From the NCBI GenBank assembly GCA_044226015.1, contig JBGAHS010000002.1, positions 1,011,435 to 1,075,434 on the forward strand: DNA of 64,000 nucleotides. The letters are read 5' to 3'. Source of the DNA: Candidatus Obscuribacteraceae bacterium (GTDB lineage Bacteria; Cyanobacteriota; Vampirovibrionia; Obscuribacterales; Obscuribacteraceae). This document shows, in pieces, positions 58,639 to 64,000 of the stretch. Position 1 is the stretch's first letter. Every line of letters begins with the position of its first letter. Both the position numbers and the translations under genes were made by a program. The notes beneath the pieces are model-generated. The model was not told the DNA's origin. It saw only the letters and a list, made by a program, of their open reading frames with translations, and made no database searches.

Positions 58639-58940
58639 TCTTCAGCAACTCGTTTTTCGGTGAGAGCATAAGTCATCAGATAGCGCTTTTCAATGCATCG
58701 AGTACAAAACACACTTGATTGTCCGCGCGTATGACATGGAACAAGAATCTCGTTTTCGCATGCCTCGCAGCGAACTCTCACGCTGTTATCATGTGCAGAT
58801 TTACTTGCTCGCCTAATAACGAAGCAGCCCTCACAGGGCTTAGGTTCGACTGCCGATGTTTTAAGATGAAACAGCTCATCTTCGTCGGCACAATACAAAA
58901 ACTTTTGTTGGCAATTGCAGCACTTGTACAAGCGTTCCAT
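58635..58940 (-). CDS. Divergent zinc-ribbon / CxxC-x17-CxxC protein
   Basis: CCNC, PKPCEGC, CEAC...VP...VFCTRC; same Cys spacing as 26499..26792. Confidence 0.6.
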   Translation of the reverse strand: MERLYKCCNCQQKFLYCADEDELFHLKTSAVEPKPCEGCFVIRRASKSAHDNSVRVRCEACENEILVPCHTRGQSSVFCTRCIEKRYLMTYALTEKRVAED

Positions 58941-59147
58941 AGAATCAGCCTTACCAGTCTGAAAAGTCACCCTCATCGGAAAATGCGTTTGCATCGCCTA
59001 ATAATTATGTTGCAAACACTATTACTAGACAACCCGGGCAACCCCCAGAGATTATAGGCGAAACCCCTACATAGCTTTTTGCATGCAATTGATACCATTT
59101 AGTCACTGTAAAAAATCGGGCTGGCTGAGAAAATTGGAGAGAAGGTA

Positions 59148-59624
59148 ATGATGAGAAAAGCGCACTATTCGACTTTGTGGGAGTCTTATCTTCAATCTGT
59201 CAGATTAACCAGCGTTGATGGAAATTTGAGAACAGCTAGAGAAATTTTGGTTTCAGCCCTGAATGATGCTGAAGACTACAACGAACTAGACGAACGGATT
59301 GAGTGGTGTACATACGGAATTGCTGATGAGTGCAGGGCAAGAGGCGACATGCAGAGCGCAAGCCTACTCTACAAAAGACTCATCGAGACGAAAGAGAAAA
59401 TTTTTGGTGCAAACCATCCTAATGTTCTGGCCGGTTTTGAAAAACTTGCGATATCGCAATTGAAAGAAAACATCAGACTAGAAAAACACAATAAGTTTGA
59501 AACTAAATTCAACAAAAAAGAGAATGCGTTGAAGACCTTAGGCGACTCTATGGGTAGTGCATTTCCTTCGATTGGATATCTTGTCAACGCAGCAATGGAA
59601 AAGTTTCGCGGACTATCTCACTGA
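59148..59624 (+). CDS. TPR-like protein
   Basis: A..LYKRL.E.KEK.FG.NHP motif; GGAG RBS. Confidence 0.7.
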   Translation: MMRKAHYSTLWESYLQSVRLTSVDGNLRTAREILVSALNDAEDYNELDERIEWCTYGIADECRARGDMQSASLLYKRLIETKEKIFGANHPNVLAGFEKLAISQLKENIRLEKHNKFETKFNKKENALKTLGDSMGSAFPSIGYLVNAAMEKFRGLSH

Positions 59625-60006
59625 ATGTAACTAAGCAAAAAAAAATCATATAGGGATCACCATATGATCGTCAGTGCTTCCATATAAATGTAGCGGAACT
59701 GGGATTACTTCCATGCTAGTTTGCCGATATAACTTAAAGCGTGTACCAGCTCTTCGACTATGTTCTGAACGAACGACGAGTTGAATTCTGGTGCAGATTA
59801 AAGACTAAATCTGCTTCGAGTTAAGTGAGAATTTTTGCCTTTGAGTGGATCGATAAAAACCAAAACCTTGCTCATTAAGGTGACCAGTCGCGCGATTGGT
59901 CGCCTTTTCGAGCATTGCGCCAGCAAACTAAGCTGTAGATCACCAGAATTTTGATTTTGAAATTGTTTACCGCCCTTTTTTGAAAACAGCACACGGAGTA
60001 TACAAA

Positions 60007-63000
60007 ATGGCTACCCAGGTCCTAAAAGACACAGTTGATACAAGGCAACTGCTTAAAGCGTTGCGTCTAATGTCGAAGGGCGATTTCAATGTACGCATGC
60101 CAATTGACCAGACAGGTCTTGCAGGCGAAATCTCAGAAGCATTCAATACAGCAATCGATTTGAACGAGCGACTCACTCATGAACTTGAACGAATTGGAAA
60201 CGTTGTAGGTAAAGAGGGACGCATCACGCAGCGAGCATCTCTTGGTGAAGCTACGGGATCTTGGGCAAGTTGTATCAACGCAGTCAACACCCTTGTGGGA
60301 GACCTTGTGCGTCCCACAACCGAGGTAGCGCGCGTAATTGGTGCGGTGGCAAAAGGTGACCTCAACCAGACAATGGCTCTGGAAATCGAAGGGGGTCCTC
60401 TGAAAGGGGAGTTCCTCCGCACAGCCAAAACAATCAACACAATGGTGGAACAGCTTTCTTCGTTCACTTCAGAAGTAACACGTGTGGCTCGAGAAGTAGG
60501 TACGGAAGGAAAGCTTGGTGGTCAGGCGCAAGTAAAAGGTGTGTCGGGCACATGGAAGGACCTCACGGACTCCGTAAACTCGATGGCTTCGAACCTCACA
60601 GCTCAGGTGCGTAACATCGCAGAAGTGACGACCGCGGTAGCAAACGGTGACCTGTCCAAGAAGATTACGGTAGACGTGCGGGGAGAAATTCTCGAGCTGA
60701 AAAACACGATCAACACCATGGTGGACCAGCTCTCCTCGTTCGCATCAGAAGTAACACGTGTGGCGCGTGAAGTAGGTACGGAAGGAAAGCTTGGCGGTCA
60801 GGCGCAAGTAAAAGGTGTGTCTGGTACGTGGAAGGACCTTACAGATAACGTAAATTCAATGGCGTCCAACCTGACAGCTCAGGTGCGTAATATCGCAGAC
60901 GTTACAACCGCGGTAGCAAACGGCGACCTCTCTAAGAAGATCACGGTAGACGTAAAAGGCGAAATTCTCGAGTTGAAGAAAACAATCAACACGATGGTGG
61001 ACCAGCTTACGTCCTTTGCCTCTGAAGTAACGCGTGTAGCACGCGAAGTAGGTACCGAAGGAAAACTCGGCGGGCAGGCGCAAGTAAAGGGCGTCGGCGG
61101 AACGTGGAAGGATCTGACAGACTCCGTAAATTACATGGCGTCGAACCTGACAGCTCAGGTGCGTAACATCGCGGACGTTACAACCGCGGTAGCAAACGGC
61201 GACCTCTCGAAGAAGATCACGGTAGACGTAAAAGGTGAAATCCTCGAGCTGAAGAATACTATCAACACGATGGTGGACCAGCTCTCATCATTCGCAGCAG
61301 AAGTTACACGTGTAGCACGTGAAGTAGGTACTGACGGACGACTGGGTGGTCAGGCGAATGTTCGCGGTGTGTCCGGAACCTGGAAGGACCTCACAGACTC
61401 AGTAAACTCGATGGCTTCGAACCTCACAGCGCAGGTGCGTAACATCGCAGAAGTAACGACGGCAGTTGCAACCGGTGACCTTTCGAAGAAGATCACCGTA
61501 GACGTAAAAGGTGAAATTCTCGAGCTAAAAAACACGATCAACACGATGGTGGACCAGCTCTCATCGTTTGCAGCAGAAGTAACACGTGTTGCAAGAGAAG
61601 TAGGTACGGAAGGAAAGCTCGGCGGACAAGCAGATGTGCGCGGTGTGTCCGGAACGTGGAAGGACCTTACAGACTCGGTAAACTACATGGCTTCAAACCT
61701 CACAGCGCAAGTGCGTAACATCGCTGAGGTGACGACGGCGGTAGCAACCGGTGACCTTTCGAAGAAGATCACGGTAGACGTAAAAGGTGAAATCCTTGAG
61801 CTCAAGAACACGATCAATACAATGGTGGACCAGCTCTCTTCGTTTGCAGCTGAAGTAACACGTGTGGCACGTGAAGTAGGTACGGAAGGGAAGCTCGGTG
61901 GACAAGCTGATGTGCAAGGTGTAACGGGCGCATGGAAGGGTCTCACGGATAACGTGAATCTGATGGCGTCTAACCTCACAGGTCAGGTGCGTAACGTAGC
62001 AGAAGTAACGACGGCAGTAGCAAAAGGCGACCTTTCGAAAAAAATCACAGTAGACGTAAAAGGCGAAATCCTCGAGCTCAAGAACACGATCAACACAATG
62101 GTGGACCAGCTTTCATCATTTGCTTCAGAAGTAACACGTGTGGCTCGTGAAGTAGGAACGGAAGGAAAGCTTGGCGGTCAGGCAGATGTACGTGGTGTGT
62201 CTGGAACGTGGAAGGACCTTACAGACTCAGTAAACTACATGGCGTCAAACCTCACATCGCAAGTACGAAACATCGCAGACGTTACGACAGCGGTAGCAAA
62301 AGGTGACCTATCTAGAAAGATTACCGTAGACGTAAAAGGTGAAATCCTCGAGCTAAAGAACACGATCAACACGATGGTAGATCAGCTCTCCTCGTTCGCT
62401 TCAGAAGTAACGCGTGTTGCAAGAGAAGTAGGTACAGAAGGACGACTGGGTGGTCAGGCAGACGTTAAAGGCGTGTCTGGAACGTGGAAGGACCTCACGG
62501 ACTCCGTGAACTACATGGCGTCGAACCTCACCTCTCAAGTACGTAACATCGCAGATGTAACGACAGCGGTAGCAAAAGGTGACCTGTCCAAGAAGATCAC
62601 GGTAGACGTAAAAGGTGAAATCCTCGAGCTCAAGAACACGATCAACACAATGGTGGACCAGCTTTCATCATTCGCTTCAGAAGTAACACGTGTAGCTCGT
62701 GAAGTAGGTACGGACGGAAGACTGGGCGGTCAGGCAGACGTCAAAGGTGTGTCTGGAACATGGAAGGATCTTACGGACTCCGTAAACTACATGGCTTCAA
62801 ACCTCACCTCTCAAGTACGTAACATCGCAGACGTAACGACAGCGGTAGCAAAAGGTGACCTCTCTCGAAAGATTACCGTAGACGTAAAAGGTGAAATCCT
62901 CGAGCTTAAGAACACGATCAACACGATGGTGGACCAGCTTTCATCATTCGCTTCAGAAGTAACACGTGTAGCTCGTGAAGTAGGAACCGAAGGAAAACTG

Positions 63001-64000
63001 GGTGGTCAGGCAGACGTTAAAGGTGTGTCTGGAACGTGGAAAGACCTTACGGACTCCGTAAATGGAATGGCGTCTAACCTCACAGAGCAAGTACGTGGAA
63101 TTGCAGGAGTTGTAACCGCGGTAGCACAAGGTAACTTGAAGCGAACTCTGGTACTGCAAGCGAAAGGTGAAATCGCGTCACTGGCAGACACGATCAACGA
63201 GATGATCGACACGCTTGCGACATTCGCCGACCAGGTAACCACGGTAGCAAGAGAAGTAGGTGTTGAAGGTGTACTTGGCGGTCAGGCACTGGTGCCTGGT
63301 GCAGCAGGTACATGGAGAGACTTGACCGACAACGTTAATGGATTGGCAGCAAATCTCACCACACAGGTACGAGCTATCGCTGAAGTAGCAACAGCGGTAA
63401 CGAAGGGTGACTTGACGCGATCCATCGACGTTGAAGCAAGAGGTGAAGTAGCATCACTCAAAGACAATATCAACGAGATGATTCGCAACCTGAAAGACAC
63501 GACACAGAAGAACACGGAGCAAGACTGGCTCAAGACGAACCTTGCGAAGTTCACTTCTATGTTGCAAGGTCAACGCGAGATGATTACGGTAGCCAACCTG
63601 ATTCTCTCAGAAGTAGCACCACTGGTAAGGGCACAACACGGCGTCTTCTATGTCAACGAACTGGAAGAAAACGAGCCTGTACTGCGCTTGCTGGGCAGCT
63701 ATGCGTTCCAGAAGAGAAAGCATCTGTCAGAAAAATACAAGATGCGCGAAGGCATCATCGGGCAGTGCGCACTCGAGAAACAAAGAATATTGATTCTCGA
63801 TGCACCCAAAGACTACATCACGATTTCATCAGGACTGGGAGAAGCAGCTCCCGTAAATATAGTTGCGCTGCCAGTTCTGTTTGAAGGCGAAGTCAAAGCG
63901 GTAATCGAGCTGGCTTCGTTCCAGCACTTCAGTGAGACTCACCTGGCGTTCCTCGACCAGCTTACAGAGTCAATTGGAATCGTTTTGAACACAATCGAAG
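60007..64000 (+). CDS. Poly-HAMP + GAF sensor histidine kinase (group III/Nik1/OsaA-like), 3' end outside window
   Basis: Not in ORF track (no stop in window); [19 protein letters not shown]...; repeated [81 protein letters not shown]; then [12 protein letters not shown] and a GAF domain. Confidence 0.92.
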   Translation, partial: MATQVLKDTVDTRQLLKALRLMSKGDFNVRMPIDQTGLAGEISEAFNTAIDLNERLTHELERIGNVVGKEGRITQRASLGEATGSWASCINAVNTLVGDLVRPTTEVARVIGAVAKGDLNQTMALEIEGGPLKGEFLRTAKTINTMVEQLSSFTSEVTRVAREVGTEGKLGGQAQVKGVSGTWKDLTDSVNSMASNLTAQVRNIAEVTTAVANGDLSKKITVDVRGEILELKNTINTMVDQLSSFASEVTRVAREVGTEGKLGGQAQVKGVSGTWKDLTDNVNSMASNLTAQVRNIADVTTAVANGDLSKKITVDVKGEILELKKTINTMVDQLTSFASEVTRVAREVGTEGKLGGQAQVKGVGGTWKDLTDSVNYMASNLTAQVRNIADVTTAVANGDLSKKITVDVKGEILELKNTINTMVDQLSSFAAEVTRVAREVGTDGRLGGQANVRGVSGTWKDLTDSVNSMASNLTAQVRNIAEVTTAVATGDLSKKITVDVKGEILELKNTINTMVDQLSSFAAEVTRVAREVGTEGKLGGQADVRGVSGTWKDLTDSVNYMASNLTAQVRNIAEVTTAVATGDLSKKITVDVKGEILELKNTINTMVDQLSSFAAEVTRVAREVGTEGKLGGQADVQGVTGAWKGLTDNVNLMASNLTGQVRNVAEVTTAVAKGDLSKKITVDVKGEILELKNTINTMVDQLSSFASEVTRVAREVGTEGKLGGQADVRGVSGTWKDLTDSVNYMASNLTSQVRNIADVTTAVAKGDLSRKITVDVKGEILELKNTINTMVDQLSSFASEVTRVAREVGTEGRLGGQADVKGVSGTWKDLTDSVNYMASNLTSQVRNIADVTTAVAKGDLSKKITVDVKGEILELKNTINTMVDQLSSFASEVTRVAREVGTDGRLGGQADVKGVSGTWKDLTDSVNYMASNLTSQVRNIADVTTAVAKGDLSRKITVDVKGEILELKNTINTMVDQLSSFASEVTRVAREVGTEGKLGGQADVKGVSGTWKDLTDSVNGMASNLTEQVRGIAGVVTAVAQGNLKRTLVLQAKGEIASLADTINEMIDTLATFADQVTTVAREVGVEGVLGGQALVPGAAGTWRDLTDNVNGLAANLTTQVRAIAEVATAVTKGDLTRSIDVEARGEVASLKDNINEMIRNLKDTTQKNTEQDWLKTNLAKFTSMLQGQREMITVANLILSEVAPLVRAQHGVFYVNELEENEPVLRLLGSYAFQKRKHLSEKYKMREGIIGQCALEKQRILILDAPKDYITISSGLGEAAPVNIVALPVLFEGEVKAVIELASFQHFSETHLAFLDQLTESIGIVLNTIE
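60430..63490 (+). repeat. Tandem 276-bp (92-aa) HAMP-unit repeats, 11 copies plus one diverged upstream unit
   Basis: GAAGTAGG anchor at 60493, 60769, 61045, 61321, 61597, 61873, 62149, 62425, 62701, 62977, 63253 (exact 276-nt period). Confidence 0.9.

Noticed and set aside
42551..59699. Lone intergenic GGAAC at 42551, 47486, 51141, 57154 and 59695
   Set aside because: No CGTC-like element at 16-17 nt; 47486 is part of a terminator stem.
60430..63490. Regular repeats suggesting a CRISPR array or satellite
   Set aside because: The 276-nt period is in-frame, has no unique spacers and encodes HAMP units.
60177..63554. Several minus-strand ORFs in the track
   Set aside because: Antisense shadows of the HAMP kinase reading frame.
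1..64000. Mobile element, prophage or defence island
   Set aside because: No integrase, transposase, phage structural, att-site or known defence-domain signatures seen.

Overview
Gene-dense bacterial chromosome segment with no rRNA, tRNA, CRISPR array, transposase or phage gene that I could recognise. The protein repertoire (many secreted TPR proteins, matrixin, VWA and CxxC zinc-ribbon proteins) suggests non-photosynthetic Cyanobacteriota (Melainabacteria/Obscuribacterales-like); this is an inference only. The window is dominated by general-stress, desiccation and osmoprotection genes: OtsA-like synthase, HAD-GH65 fusion, Ku, LigD-polymerase, ferritin-like and hemerythrin proteins, two CBS proteins, cupin, YtxH-like and YflT-like proteins, metallothioneins, a Gfo oxidoreductase and many small secreted unknowns. 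It also holds two paralogous RpoD-like sigma factors and, at the right edge, a large poly-HAMP/GAF sensor kinase ORF that is missing from the ORF track. The main hidden signal is a bipartite ECF-sigma-type promoter, GGAAC-N16-CGTC. I found 15 exact copies and about 9 one-mismatch copies (NGTC or CGCC), almost all 23-100 nt upstream of a start codon and on the correct strand. This defines a clustered putative general-stress regulon whose cognate sigma factor is not in the window. One copy drives an ORF-less, terminator-bounded ~115-nt candidate sRNA. Other oddities are a UbiB/ABC1 pseudokinase and a cluster of three phosphatases plus a lipid kinase that includes a lipoprotein pseudophosphatase.
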